NCBI GenBank assembly: GCA_963736005.1
Contig: CAVTNB010000001.1
Span: 992,001 to 1,056,000 of the forward strand
Source: an uncultured Pseudomonadota bacterium
GTDB taxonomy: Bacteria > Vulcanimicrobiota > Vulcanimicrobiia > Eremiobacterales > Eremiobacteraceae
Direction: 5' to 3'
DNA: 64,000 nucleotides
Part shown: in pieces, positions 7,974 through 17,385 of the stretch
Layout: every line of letters begins with the position of its first letter
Numbering within the stretch: position 1 is the stretch's first letter
Translations under genes and position numbers: made by a program
Notes under the pieces: model-generated
The model's database searches: none
Told to the model about the DNA's origin: nothing
Seen by the model: only the letters and a program-made list of their open reading frames with translations

Positions 7974-8690
7974 ATGACCTCGGCAAACGGGTTATCGGTT
8001 CAACACCTTACGCGGAAATTTGGAAAACTCACCGCGGTAGATGATCTTTCGTTTCACGCGGCCCGCGGATCGATTCTGGGGTTACTCGGCCCAAACGGCG
8101 CAGGAAAAACGACAACCTTGCTTTGCTTGGCCGGGTTGTTGCGCCCCGACGCGGGGACGCTCGCCCTCGACAACGCTCCTCTAGGACCAGACCGCGGACG
8201 AGCCATCGCGCTCATCCCGGAGACGCCGGAAGTCTACGCCATGCTCACCGTTTGGGAGCACTTGGTTTTTGTCGCCAAGAGTTGCAAACTGACAGGCGAT
8301 TGGGCAGTTCGCGCGACAGATTTGCTGCAGCGCTTGGACCTAAACGACCGGAGAGACACGCTCGGCGAGGCACTGTCCAAGGGCATGCGCCAAAAAACGC
8401 TCATCGCGGCGACCGTCCTTGCTGGAGCACCCGTGCTGCTCCTCGACGAGCCAATGATCGGCCTCGACCCGAAAGGACAGCGCGAGCTTCGAGGCATTTT
8501 GCAGGAGCTGCGTAATGCGGGAACCGCCATTGTTCTGAGCACGCACTTGCTCGAATCCGCCGAAGCGATCTGCGATAATGTGCTCGTTCTCAACCACGGT
8601 CAGGCCGTAATCAGCGCGCCGATTGCAGAGTTGCACTTCGGCGAATTTGGGCGAAGCTTGGAAGACGTTTTCTTGGAAGCGACGCAATGA
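7974..8690 (+). CDS. ABC transporter ATP-binding protein (export type)
   Basis: GPNGAGKTT, LSKGMRQK, LLLDEP, STH. Start placed at ATG 7974; the ORF-track extension to 7602 is not protein-like. Confidence 0.93.
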   Translation: MTSANGLSVQHLTRKFGKLTAVDDLSFHAARGSILGLLGPNGAGKTTTLLCLAGLLRPDAGTLALDNAPLGPDRGRAIALIPETPEVYAMLTVWEHLVFVAKSCKLTGDWAVRATDLLQRLDLNDRRDTLGEALSKGMRQKTLIAATVLAGAPVLLLDEPMIGLDPKGQRELRGILQELRNAGTAIVLSTHLLESAEAICDNVLVLNHGQAVISAPIAELHFGEFGRSLEDVFLEATQ

Positions 8691-10312
8691 GCGACGTCGC
8701 GGCGCTGACGTATCTCGAAGCGCGCATGGCGTTCAACCGCTTTCGCCAGGTCTTGCGCCAGCCCGGACGACTCGTCTTGTGGACGTTGTTCCTTGCGTGG
8801 CTTGGACTTTTCTTCTTCACGCGCGTCTCCCACATTTCGGGGGGACCATACGGCCTGTTGATGCCGCAGAGCGTATCGCTGTTTTACGCGTTCGTTCCGG
8901 CCGCCTATATCATGCTTTTAGGGTTTCAAATTCGCTCTGGGAGTCGACGCCCGCCAGCAACGTTCGCCTATCCGGCGGATGCTCGCTTTCTTCTTGGCTC
9001 GCGTCTTAACCACGTGCTGGTCGTTTTTTGGCTGCAACTGCGCGAGGTCGCCTTTTCCGGAAGCCGAGTGTTTCTTGGCCTTTTCTTCGTCTCGTGGAAT
9101 TTTGCCGGCAGCGCGGGGGGACTCGTGCTGGCAACCGTTGCGTTATTGTCCGCGTACATTATATCTTTCGGCGTACGCTTGCCGGTATTTTTGGCGCAGC
9201 GCCGCATGCCGGAAGTTCCATTCGGAACGTTTGGGATTGGGTTGATGTGCGCGGGCGGTCTGACACTGCTGTTTCCAATTGCCCTCGCGTTTGCCTACGG
9301 CAACGTTCACTTGGCCTTTATTTCGGCCCAAACTGCGGTGTTCGCTCCGGGATCGTGGATCGTGGAGGCGCTCGCCGGCGATCATCGCGCACTCGCAGCA
9401 CTCTTGACCCTCGCGTTCGTCATGATTATTGGCGGCTCGGTTGCGGCAAAGGACGCTTATCCCGAAATTTGGGAGGCCTCCTCGCGGCTCTATGCCCTCC
9501 GAACGCTCGTTGCAAGCGGACGAGGGCTTTGGAATCGCGAGGCGTTGCGAGGCTTGCGAGACCCAGACCGAGTTCAGTCTGGCGTCCGTCTGGAGCGCGT
9601 TGCTTCATCGTCTGGTCGGCACGCGCCGGCCGGCGCCCTTTCGCTGGTTTGGAAAGAATGGATCGGACTGCGGCGCACGCCCGGAGGTTTGAGCGGCTCG
9701 GTGCTGTGGCTCTTCGGGGCTTGCGTCCTTGGATATCTCGCGGGACTCGCCGCAACGACGCTGACTTTCTTCATCTTAGTGGGCCCGCTCTTTGCAATTG
9801 CTAACATTTTCATCGTCATCGGATCGCAGAGCACGATCAATCTGGGCATCGAGCTGCGTAAGCCAATCTGGTGGCTTGCCCGTTCTCAGTTGCGAGACCG
9901 AATTCTCACGTGGATTCTGGGCACAACCATGCGGGTCGGTCCGCCGCTTGTCGCCGGTACGATCGTGGCCGGCGTCGCCATGCATTCGTGGCTCGTTATC
10001 GCTGCGAGCGCGCCTCTGATCCTCGTGTCGCTGTTCTTGGTGCAAAGCATCGGTGTGGCGTCGTATGTCGTGCTTCCCGGGCGCAACGATCTGCGCGGAC
10101 CGGGCTTCATGCTGCGGATTTTTGTCACGTACCTTGCGCTTATGCCGCCGGCAATTGGCTGGGCGGTAGCACAGTTGCTAAGCCAAAGCGCCGCTCTCGG
10201 GCTCTTGGTTGGCCTGACGGCAGCGTATGTGGAAGGGTGGACGCTTGCGATGTTCGCCGCCTCACGCCTCGAACAAAACGCGATGGCCTACGCGGCCGCC
10301 GAACAACGCTAG
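8687..10312 (+). CDS. Putative ABC exporter permease
   Basis: Many hydrophobic helices in two halves (LVWKEW in the second half). ATGA overlap with the ATPase. Confidence 0.85.
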   Translation: MSDVAALTYLEARMAFNRFRQVLRQPGRLVLWTLFLAWLGLFFFTRVSHISGGPYGLLMPQSVSLFYAFVPAAYIMLLGFQIRSGSRRPPATFAYPADARFLLGSRLNHVLVVFWLQLREVAFSGSRVFLGLFFVSWNFAGSAGGLVLATVALLSAYIISFGVRLPVFLAQRRMPEVPFGTFGIGLMCAGGLTLLFPIALAFAYGNVHLAFISAQTAVFAPGSWIVEALAGDHRALAALLTLAFVMIIGGSVAAKDAYPEIWEASSRLYALRTLVASGRGLWNREALRGLRDPDRVQSGVRLERVASSSGRHAPAGALSLVWKEWIGLRRTPGGLSGSVLWLFGACVLGYLAGLAATTLTFFILVGPLFAIANIFIVIGSQSTINLGIELRKPIWWLARSQLRDRILTWILGTTMRVGPPLVAGTIVAGVAMHSWLVIAASAPLILVSLFLVQSIGVASYVVLPGRNDLRGPGFMLRIFVTYLALMPPAIGWAVAQLLSQSAALGLLVGLTAAYVEGWTLAMFAASRLEQNAMAYAAAEQR

Positions 10313-10320
10313 TCGCCAGC

Positions 10321-10614
10321 CTAGCGGCGGCGACGCACCGATTTGCGCAGGGCTTTGACCGCTTTGCTGAGGTGACGCCGAACGACGCCGCGCACGATCG
10401 ATTCAACTTCATTCTTCTGCGGATAGCGCGCGAGTTGCGGCACAACTCCGACGACAACTTGGCACGAGGTGCAGGCCACGGTCCAAATCGTGAGTTCACC
10501 GCCGGCGCGCTCGGGGCGCGCTCGAAAGGTAGCCGCCTTGAGGCAGTGCGGACATTTTCGTTTAAAGATTTCCCGATCTTCGATTGGTTTGGCGCGGGTT
10601 CTCTTGCGTGGCAT
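10321..10614 (-). CDS. Small basic protein with a CxxC...CxxC (zinc-ribbon-like) motif
   Basis: CPHC and CTSC, Arg/Lys-rich termini, starts 4 nt after the SBP stop. Confidence 0.55.
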   Translation of the reverse strand: MPRKRTRAKPIEDREIFKRKCPHCLKAATFRARPERAGGELTIWTVACTSCQVVVGVVPQLARYPQKNEVESIVRGVVRRHLSKAVKALRKSVRRRR

Positions 10615-10618
10615 GCTG

Positions 10619-11506
10619 TTACCTGTGTGTCAGATCCGTCCCGAAGCTCTCCTTCGAGAGGCGCGAAAGCGTGCCGTCCTTGTGCATGGCGCTGACGGCT
10701 TGTTCGACCGCTTGGTAAAAGCGCTTTGGGTCAAGCGGGCTGTTCTTATCGATCGCCACAGCAGCATCTTCGTAAAACACTGGCCCGCCAATGACTCTAA
10801 ATGGTCGCCCTACTTTAATCTGAAAGACGGCAAAAGGATACGATGTCAGGACAGCATCGAGCCGCACGCCGTCGCCCAGCGCGAGATCATCGAGCGCGAG
10901 TTGATCTGTGTCGTACGGGATCGCGCGTGCCTGCGGAGCTGGTACGAGGATATTCTCGCCGGTGAGGTCGAGGTGCCCTTCAAGATACGCCTGGTACGTC
11001 GTTGCGGTTCCGACTCCGATGCGTTTTCCGGAGAGCTCGGGGATCGAGGTGACCTTGCTCGCCTTGTTCACGACAAACGTGGCAGGGATGTAGTAATATG
11101 GCTCGGTGAAATAGAGCACGCGCTGACGATCTCGAGTGATCGTCATCGAATCCACGTTGACATCCCAGCGGCCATTCCAATTACCACCACTCGTGACGTC
11201 GAAATTGATGTCCAGGAAGACAGGTTGCACGCCGAGCCGGCGCGCAATCTCACGTCCGACCTCGACGTCAAAGCCGCGCCACTGCCCATCCGGTGACCGA
11301 AACGAGAGCGGTTGATAATTGGCGTCGGTGGAAATCAGGAGCTTGCCGCGTTTGCGAACTTCGCTCAACAGATCCGTGACACCGGAACCATTTGAGGCCG
11401 TCGCTTGTGGTGCCCCGCTGCGTTGCTGGCTGTTCTCACATCCCAGGAAAGACGTAAGCGCAGCCACGATCACGGCGACCGCAAGACAATACCTCAGGAT
11501 CTTCAA
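10619..11506 (-). CDS. Polar amino-acid ABC transporter substrate-binding lipoprotein (SBP family 3)
   Basis: Lipobox FLGC, GFDVEVGREIARRLG, FTEPYY, DGTLSRLS. Start uncertain (11506 or 11545). Confidence 0.9.
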   Translation of the reverse strand: MKILRYCLAVAVIVAALTSFLGCENSQQRSGAPQATASNGSGVTDLLSEVRKRGKLLISTDANYQPLSFRSPDGQWRGFDVEVGREIARRLGVQPVFLDINFDVTSGGNWNGRWDVNVDSMTITRDRQRVLYFTEPYYYIPATFVVNKASKVTSIPELSGKRIGVGTATTYQAYLEGHLDLTGENILVPAPQARAIPYDTDQLALDDLALGDGVRLDAVLTSYPFAVFQIKVGRPFRVIGGPVFYEDAAVAIDKNSPLDPKRFYQAVEQAVSAMHKDGTLSRLSKESFGTDLTHR

Positions 11507-11596
11507 ACGACGCCACCGCCCGTTGTCGATTTTGGTCAGGTACAAACTTTGGTCTATTTTAGAAGAGCAGCGCAGGGGGACCTGCGATTTACCGAT

Positions 11597-12034
11597 TTAT
11601 TTCGCGACGGTGTGAATATATGCGAGAGCGGCGACAACACCGAACGCAAGACTACAAAGCACCATGACGATGCGCTGCACACGCTGCGTGGACACTTCGT
11701 GGACGGAAACTTTGGGAGGTTGCCCGATGCGCCACACGGACCTTGCCGTCCAAACCATCGTAAGCGAAAGTAGCAGCAGATAGACGGGCAAAAAAACCAG
11801 GAGCGGCAGCAGGGCATTTTTGACTGAGGCGATCTCATGCACGAGCAACAAAAACGTCACGATGAACCCAAGGCCGGCCGAGCCCAAAATCATGAGCCGG
11901 CCTGCGAACCAACTAGCGAGGACGTCGCGCGTCGAAACCAGCTGCGATGTGACGCTTCGTTCAGCCACGTCAAGCATTGTAACACGAAACCTCAAACTTT
12001 CCGAGGGTTGCGACGGCTGGTTTCGCACAGCCAT
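11597..12034 (-). CDS. Hypothetical membrane protein (about 3 TM segments)
   Basis: Three hydrophobic segments; start uncertain. Confidence 0.55.
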   Translation of the reverse strand: MAVRNQPSQPSESLRFRVTMLDVAERSVTSQLVSTRDVLASWFAGRLMILGSAGLGFIVTFLLLVHEIASVKNALLPLLVFLPVYLLLLSLTMVWTARSVWRIGQPPKVSVHEVSTQRVQRIVMVLCSLAFGVVAALAYIHTVAK

Positions 12035-12078
12035 ACGGTGATATAGATTACACCCCCGGCCTTGCCGATAACTTATAG

Positions 12079-12654
12079 ATGTGCGAACACAATCGGGCGA
12101 TCGATCGACGCGCATTTCTCTTCGGTGGCGCTTGTGCTTTTGCGCTCAGCGCAATGCCCGCGCTCGCACGCGCGGCGCTCGCGAGCACTGCTCCGGATCG
12201 TTATCTTTTGTTCTTAGAACGCATCGACACGGGCGAGTACGCGGCGGAGCCATTCACGCTCGATGGCAAGACGTTGTACTGGCCAGGGTACAAAAAATTA
12301 TGCGCCGTGCTGCGCGACGAGCATGTGCCGCCGGAAATTGGTTTTGTGCAAATCAACGTTCGCACGATCGAAGCGCTGTGGGCGGTGCAGTCATACTTGC
12401 GTCGCGACAGCATCAACGGTCCTATTGTGGTGCACAGCGGCTACCGCACGCCGCAAACGAACTCGCAAACGGAGGGTGCAGCGCGGCTTTCATATCACAT
12501 GTGGGGCAAGGCGGTTGACTTCCACGTACCCGGTATCGCGCTGAGTGACTTGGCGGGCATCTGTGAGGCATGTCCAATCAGCGGCGGGGTCGGCTATTAT
12601 CCCGAAGGCTGGGTGCACATGGATACCGGTCCCAGGCGTTCGTGGGCGGGCTAA
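12079..12654 (+). CDS. YcbK/DUF882 family (peptidase M15-type) protein with a Tat-like signal
   Basis: DRRAFL twin-arginine motif, SGYRTPQTN, SYHMWGKAVD, GGVGYYP...VHMDTGPRRSW. Confidence 0.9.
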   Translation: MCEHNRAIDRRAFLFGGACAFALSAMPALARAALASTAPDRYLLFLERIDTGEYAAEPFTLDGKTLYWPGYKKLCAVLRDEHVPPEIGFVQINVRTIEALWAVQSYLRRDSINGPIVVHSGYRTPQTNSQTEGAARLSYHMWGKAVDFHVPGIALSDLAGICEACPISGGVGYYPEGWVHMDTGPRRSWAG

Positions 12655-12674
12655 CGTCGCGCGCTCTTTAGACT

Positions 12675-12699
12675 GGGCGACTTAACAGTCGCCCACTAC
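12675..12699. repeat. GTAG-type REP palindrome (type A)
   Basis: GGGCGAC-ttaaca-GTCGCCC-actac, which reads GTAG plus palindrome on the minus strand. Confidence 0.75.
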
Positions 12700-12753
12700 A
12701 AAGCACGCAATGAGGGCATGAATTAACCGTCTCGTACAGAAACCCGTCCTATC

Positions 12754-13740
12754 ATGCCTGCAGTGGCAATGCCGGTCGACGACGGGACCGAGGCGCGGCC
12801 GCGCACTCCAAAGCTCGAGAAGCTCCAACAGCACATTCGCGCGCTGGCCAAGCGCAAGAATGCCGTCATCATCGCGCACATCTACCAACGCCTCGAAATC
12901 CAAGAGGTTGCCGACTTCATCGGCGACAGCCTCAACTTAAGCCGCGAGGCAGCGCGCACCAAGGCGGACGTCATCGTCTTTTGCGGCGTGCACTTTATGG
13001 CGGAAACGGCCAAGCTCCTCAGCCCGAATAAACTTGTGTTGTTACCGGACATGAAGGCAGGCTGCGGTATGGCGGACATGATCACCGCCGATCAAGCCCG
13101 CGGTTTTCGCGCCCAATATCCGGGCCGGCCGCTCGTGACGTACGTCAATACGTATGCGGAGGTAAAGGCGGAGTCGGACATCTGCTGCACCTCGACCAAC
13201 GCCGCAACCGTCGTTCGCTCGCTGCCCGATAAAGAGATCTTGTTTGCGCCGGACATGTATCTCGGCGGCTGGGTGCAAAAGCGGCTTCCCGACAAAAAGA
13301 TTATCACATGGCACGGTTATTGCCCGACGCATTTCGTTATCCAACCTTCGATGGTCATCGCGCAAAAGCAAAAGCATCCGCATGCGCTCGTGCTCGCGCA
13401 CCCGGAATGTTCGCCCGAGGTACTCGAACTCGCCGATTACGTGGGCAGCACCCAAGGCATGATGGACTATGCCGGCTCCAGCGACGCGCCCGAGTTCATG
13501 ATCCTCACCGAGGCTGGACTCTTGCTGCGGCTCAAGGCGCTGTATCCTCATAAACGCTTCTACTCCATCGCGCCGTGCCCGCACTGTCCGTATATGAAGT
13601 TCGTGGAACTTGAAAAAGTTGCGGCCTGTCTGGAAAACGATCTCAATCCAATCGAAATTCCGACCGACATCATGCTGCGCGCGCGCACCAGCATCGAGCG
13701 CATGATGACTGTGTCAAACGCGGTCACGCCAGCAGACTGA
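12754..13740 (+). CDS. nadA: Quinolinate synthase
   Basis: IGDSL, IVFCGVHFMAETAK, AGCGMAD, YVNT, HPEC, CPYMK. Confidence 0.97.
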   Translation: MPAVAMPVDDGTEARPRTPKLEKLQQHIRALAKRKNAVIIAHIYQRLEIQEVADFIGDSLNLSREAARTKADVIVFCGVHFMAETAKLLSPNKLVLLPDMKAGCGMADMITADQARGFRAQYPGRPLVTYVNTYAEVKAESDICCTSTNAATVVRSLPDKEILFAPDMYLGGWVQKRLPDKKIITWHGYCPTHFVIQPSMVIAQKQKHPHALVLAHPECSPEVLELADYVGSTQGMMDYAGSSDAPEFMILTEAGLLLRLKALYPHKRFYSIAPCPHCPYMKFVELEKVAACLENDLNPIEIPTDIMLRARTSIERMMTVSNAVTPAD

Positions 13741-13752
13741 ATTCGTACCGTC

Positions 13753-15312
13753 ATGATGCGAACCGACGTGCTTGTCATCGGATCGGGGGCCGCAGGATTG
13801 CTCCTTGCGCTGCACTGCGCCGAAAAGGGCCTGCGGGTCACCATCGTGACGAAGGGAACGATCGAGGAGTCGAACACCGCGTGGGCGCAAGGCGGCGTGG
13901 CTGCATCGCTCGATTTAGAGGAGGATTCGACTCAGGCCCACGTCGCCGATACCCTTGCGGCCGGCGCCGGTCTTTGCAACCGAGCCGCCGCTGAGATCGT
14001 GGCGGAAGAGGCGCCTAAGCGAATCGAGGAACTGCGCGCGCTTGGCGTCGCTTTCAATCTTTCGGTGACTGGCGAGCTAGCGCTCACGCGCGAGGCGGCG
14101 CACAGCCATGCACGGACGGTTTTTTCCGAAGATGCAACCGGCAAAGCGATCTCGACCACGCTTGCCCAAAGAGCGCTCCAGCATCCGAACGTGGCGGTTG
14201 TCGAGCGCGCCACCGCCATATCGCTCATCCTTGACGGCGGACGCTGCGCGGGCGCCTGGATCTTTGCAGAGACTGAGGCGGTCTCGATTGTCGCGTGTTT
14301 CGCGACGGCGCTCGCGACCGGCGGAGTCGGCCAGGTGTACGAGCGAACGACCAATCCACCGGGTGCAACTGGTGATGGACTTGCGCTGGCTATCGCGGCG
14401 GGCGCGGCGTTGGCCGACGTTGAGTTCGTCCAATTCCATCCGACCGCACTTGCCGTTGCGGGAGCGCCTGCGCTGTTGGTGTCTGAAGCGGCGCGCGGCG
14501 AGGGCGGCATTTTGGTCAACAAAGACGGACGACGGTTCTGCTTCGACGCGGATCCACGAGGGGAATTGGCGCCTCGCGACATCGTTGCTCGCGCGATTTT
14601 TCACGAAATGCAGCGAACCGGGAGTGGCGTCTGGCTCGATTTGCGCCCTATCGGATCGCCCGACTTCTTGCACAGACGGTTCCCGAATATTGCGGCTGCC
14701 TGCTCGCGTTTCGGCGTCGATATCACCACGCAACCGATCCCGGTCGGCCCAGCGGCACACTACCACATGGGTGGGGTGCTCACCGATTTGCACGGGCGGA
14801 CGACGGTTCGATCGTTGTATGCGGTTGGCGAATGCGCCTGTACGGGCTTGCATGGCGCGAATCGACTCGCCGGCAACTCACTCGCAGAGTGTTTGGTGTT
14901 CGCCTGCCGCGCGGCGGACGATATCGGCGCTGCACCGGCGGCACCCGATCCATTCGAGCTCGCTCACATACCAAAGACCGTCTTGGCCATGATGACCGTT
15001 CAACCGCTGCGCGCCTTGATGTGGAAGTCCGCGAGTGTCGAACGAGACGGACCGGAACTGGCGGCGCTGCGCCAACGACTCACTCACTGGCCCGTTTCCA
15101 TGTCACCACTCTCGCGAGCGGCGCTTGAATCCCGCGCGTTGCTCAATGCGGCTCGTTACATCGCAGGGGCAGCGCTGTACCGTGAGGAGAGCCGCGGCGC
15201 CCATTATCGCGTTGATTTTCCAGAGCGCGATGATGCTCACTGGCTGGCGCGCATCGTTTGGGTGGGCGACAGTCATAAACTCGAGCCGCTCGCCACGCCG
15301 GCGATAACTTAG
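13753..15312 (+). CDS. nadB: L-aspartate oxidase
   Basis: GSGAAGL, AQGG, EAAHS, QFHPT, SEAARGEG, HYHMGG, GLHGANRLA, ESRGAHYR; lies between nadA and nadC. Confidence 0.95.
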   Translation: MMRTDVLVIGSGAAGLLLALHCAEKGLRVTIVTKGTIEESNTAWAQGGVAASLDLEEDSTQAHVADTLAAGAGLCNRAAAEIVAEEAPKRIEELRALGVAFNLSVTGELALTREAAHSHARTVFSEDATGKAISTTLAQRALQHPNVAVVERATAISLILDGGRCAGAWIFAETEAVSIVACFATALATGGVGQVYERTTNPPGATGDGLALAIAAGAALADVEFVQFHPTALAVAGAPALLVSEAARGEGGILVNKDGRRFCFDADPRGELAPRDIVARAIFHEMQRTGSGVWLDLRPIGSPDFLHRRFPNIAAACSRFGVDITTQPIPVGPAAHYHMGGVLTDLHGRTTVRSLYAVGECACTGLHGANRLAGNSLAECLVFACRAADDIGAAPAAPDPFELAHIPKTVLAMMTVQPLRALMWKSASVERDGPELAALRQRLTHWPVSMSPLSRAALESRALLNAARYIAGAALYREESRGAHYRVDFPERDDAHWLARIVWVGDSHKLEPLATPAIT

Positions 15313-15359
15313 GGCGCGGGATGCGGCATCCAGCTCTCGAGCAACCATCGTTCGTTCCG

Positions 15360-16205
15360 ATGACCGCATCAGAGGCGATCAAATTTCAGTCGATCGTTGC
15401 TGCAGCGCTCTCCGAGGACGGCGCGCTCCAGGATGTGACGTCTGAGGCGACCGTCTCACCTGATGCGCACGCTAACGCAGACGTGGTTGTTCGCGCTCCC
15501 GCGGTTGTGGCCGGGGTGCAGATTGCTGCGCTTGCCTTTCGTTCGATCGACGACCGGGTGAGCTTCAAAGCATTGGTCGAAGACGGCGTCGCGACCGATG
15601 CGCAAGCCATTGCAAGCGTCACAGGTTCGGCACGCAGCCTGCTTGCCGCCGAGCGAGTGGCGCTCAATTTTTTGGGCCGGCTGAGCGGCATCGCAACTTT
15701 GACCAGGAAGTTCGTCGACGCTGTGCGCGATCTGCCCGTGCGTATCTGCGACACCCGCAAGACGACGCCTGGGCTGCGGGCGCTCGAGCGTTATGCCGTG
15801 CGCGCTGGCGGCGGCTACAACCACCGCTTTAATTTGTCCGATGCAATCCTCATCAAAGACAATCACCTCGTGGCGGCAGGGTCTGTGGTCAAGGCAATCG
15901 ACCTAGCGCGAGCCGACGCGCCTCCCAACACAATCGTGGAAGTCGAATGCGAGTCTGCGGCGCAAGTCGAAGAAGCGCTTCAGGTCGGGGTTGACGCGAT
16001 TCTCCTTGATAACATGCCGCTGAGTGAGATGCGCCGAGCCGTCAAAATGGCGCATGGCAAGGCGGCGCTAGAAGCGTCGGGCGGCATGACGCTGGCGAAT
16101 GTGCGCGATGTCGCGCTGACCGGCGTCGACGTCATTTCCATCGGAGCGCTGACGCACAGCGCGCCGAGCGCCGACGTCGCTCTCGACTTTGGAGAACCCA
16201 AATGA
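15360..16205 (+). CDS. nadC: Nicotinate-nucleotide diphosphorylase (carboxylating)
   Basis: DTRKTTPGLR, NHRFNLSD, LIKDNH, LLDNM, EASGG, SIGALTHS. Start 15360 or 15321. Confidence 0.97.
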   Translation: MTASEAIKFQSIVAAALSEDGALQDVTSEATVSPDAHANADVVVRAPAVVAGVQIAALAFRSIDDRVSFKALVEDGVATDAQAIASVTGSARSLLAAERVALNFLGRLSGIATLTRKFVDAVRDLPVRICDTRKTTPGLRALERYAVRAGGGYNHRFNLSDAILIKDNHLVAAGSVVKAIDLARADAPPNTIVEVECESAAQVEEALQVGVDAILLDNMPLSEMRRAVKMAHGKAALEASGGMTLANVRDVALTGVDVISIGALTHSAPSADVALDFGEPK

Positions 16206-16609
16206 CAACGAACGATTCGGACACCGAAAAACAACGCCTCAATTGGGTCGACGCGCACATGGGGCGGACGTCAAAAGAAACGGCGGAGCGTCTGCTCACG
16301 GTCGACCAACCTCGGCCTCCAGCCGATGCTCCGGTCTTGAAACTCAAGGGTGTACCGGCGCGCTGCGTCGCCGGTGGCGCTTCAAACTTTTGGATCATTG
16401 GGTCGGAAGCCGGCGAACCAATCTTAACTGGCGACTATCCGATGATTGGGATGTCGCCAACCGCTTACTTCATCCAAGCGCCGGAATTTAACTACTTGCC
16501 GTATCAGGTGCAGCGCTCGCAGCTGCGCGCCGACAATCACAGCATCGAAGGCGATATCTCGCGGCTCGAATCGCAGATGCGCGAGGTCTATGGGCCCGAG
16601 CGAACCTAA
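16202..16609 (+). CDS. Hypothetical protein, 135 aa, coupled to nadC
   Basis: ATGA start overlapping the nadC stop; no recognised domain. Confidence 0.65.
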   Translation: MTTNDSDTEKQRLNWVDAHMGRTSKETAERLLTVDQPRPPADAPVLKLKGVPARCVAGGASNFWIIGSEAGEPILTGDYPMIGMSPTAYFIQAPEFNYLPYQVQRSQLRADNHSIEGDISRLESQMREVYGPERT

Positions 16610-16626
16610 AGGTTCGCTGCCACAAT

Positions 16627-16717
16627 GGGCGACTTGACGGTCGCCCGGTACGAGGGGCGATTTTCCAATCGCCCCCTACCTTCGCGGCGTTGGGGCGATT
16701 TTCCAATCGCCCCCTAC
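16627..16717. repeat. REP cluster: one type A plus two identical 26-nt type B palindromes
   Basis: GGGCGACttgacgGTCGCCC at 16627-16646; GGGGCGATTTTCCAATCGCCCCCTAC at 16654-16679 and 16692-16717. Confidence 0.85.
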
Positions 16718-17278
16718 GAGATGCGAGATTGCGATCGTCCAGCGCGCGAACGCTTCCAGAAATTCCGTCAGTTCTTTTTTTAAGTCCTCATCGATGAGCT
16801 CGCCTTGCTCGTTAAACTTTGTTTCCACGCGGCTCACTCGCACTTCTGGTTCGATCATGAAGTACACTTCTTCAATGGTTGCAATTTGTCGGAGCGCGGC
16901 TTGCGCTCGCAACGTTCCGTAGAACCCCGTCGATGCTCCGAGCACGGCAGCCGGTTTTTTCTCTAAGACGGAATCGTCGGATGGCCGCGATGCCCACTCG
17001 ATGATGACTTTTGTAGCGGCGGGAATGGTACCATTATGTTCGGGTGTTACGATGATGAGTCCATCCGCTTTGCGAATGGTTTCACGCACTTGCGTCACCG
17101 CCTCTGGCGGGTTGCGCTCGAGATCCATGTTGAAGAGCGGAACTTGCGAAATATCCAGCACATCGATGTGCAGGTTCGAAGGTGCGGCTTTAACGAGCGC
17201 CTTGAGCAACATCTGATTGTAGGAACCTTTGCGCAGGCTGCCCGCGTAGGCCGCAAAAGTGAGCGGCTTGTTTGTCAT
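16676..17278 (-). CDS. NADPH-dependent FMN reductase (ChrR/SsuE-like)
   Basis: GSLRKGSYN, VTPEHNG, WASR, GTLRAQ. Start placed at ATG 17278. Confidence 0.92.
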   Translation of the reverse strand: MTNKPLTFAAYAGSLRKGSYNQMLLKALVKAAPSNLHIDVLDISQVPLFNMDLERNPPEAVTQVRETIRKADGLIIVTPEHNGTIPAATKVIIEWASRPSDDSVLEKKPAAVLGASTGFYGTLRAQAALRQIATIEEVYFMIEPEVRVSRVETKFNEQGELIDEDLKKELTEFLEAFARWTIAISHLVGGDWKIAPTPRR

Positions 17279-17385
17279 TGGGGGCGGCTTTGCTCCTCCG
17301 GACTCGGGAAAACCTTTCTCCATGGGCTCGCTACATTGCGAGCGCCGCTTCTCCGATAACATTGGAGGGGGGAAAACCCGAACGT

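Noticed and set aside
16627..16717. Possible CRISPR array from tandem 26-nt palindromic repeats
   Set aside because: Only two copies with a 12-nt gap, no cas genes, and an identical solitary copy at 55266, which fits REPs.
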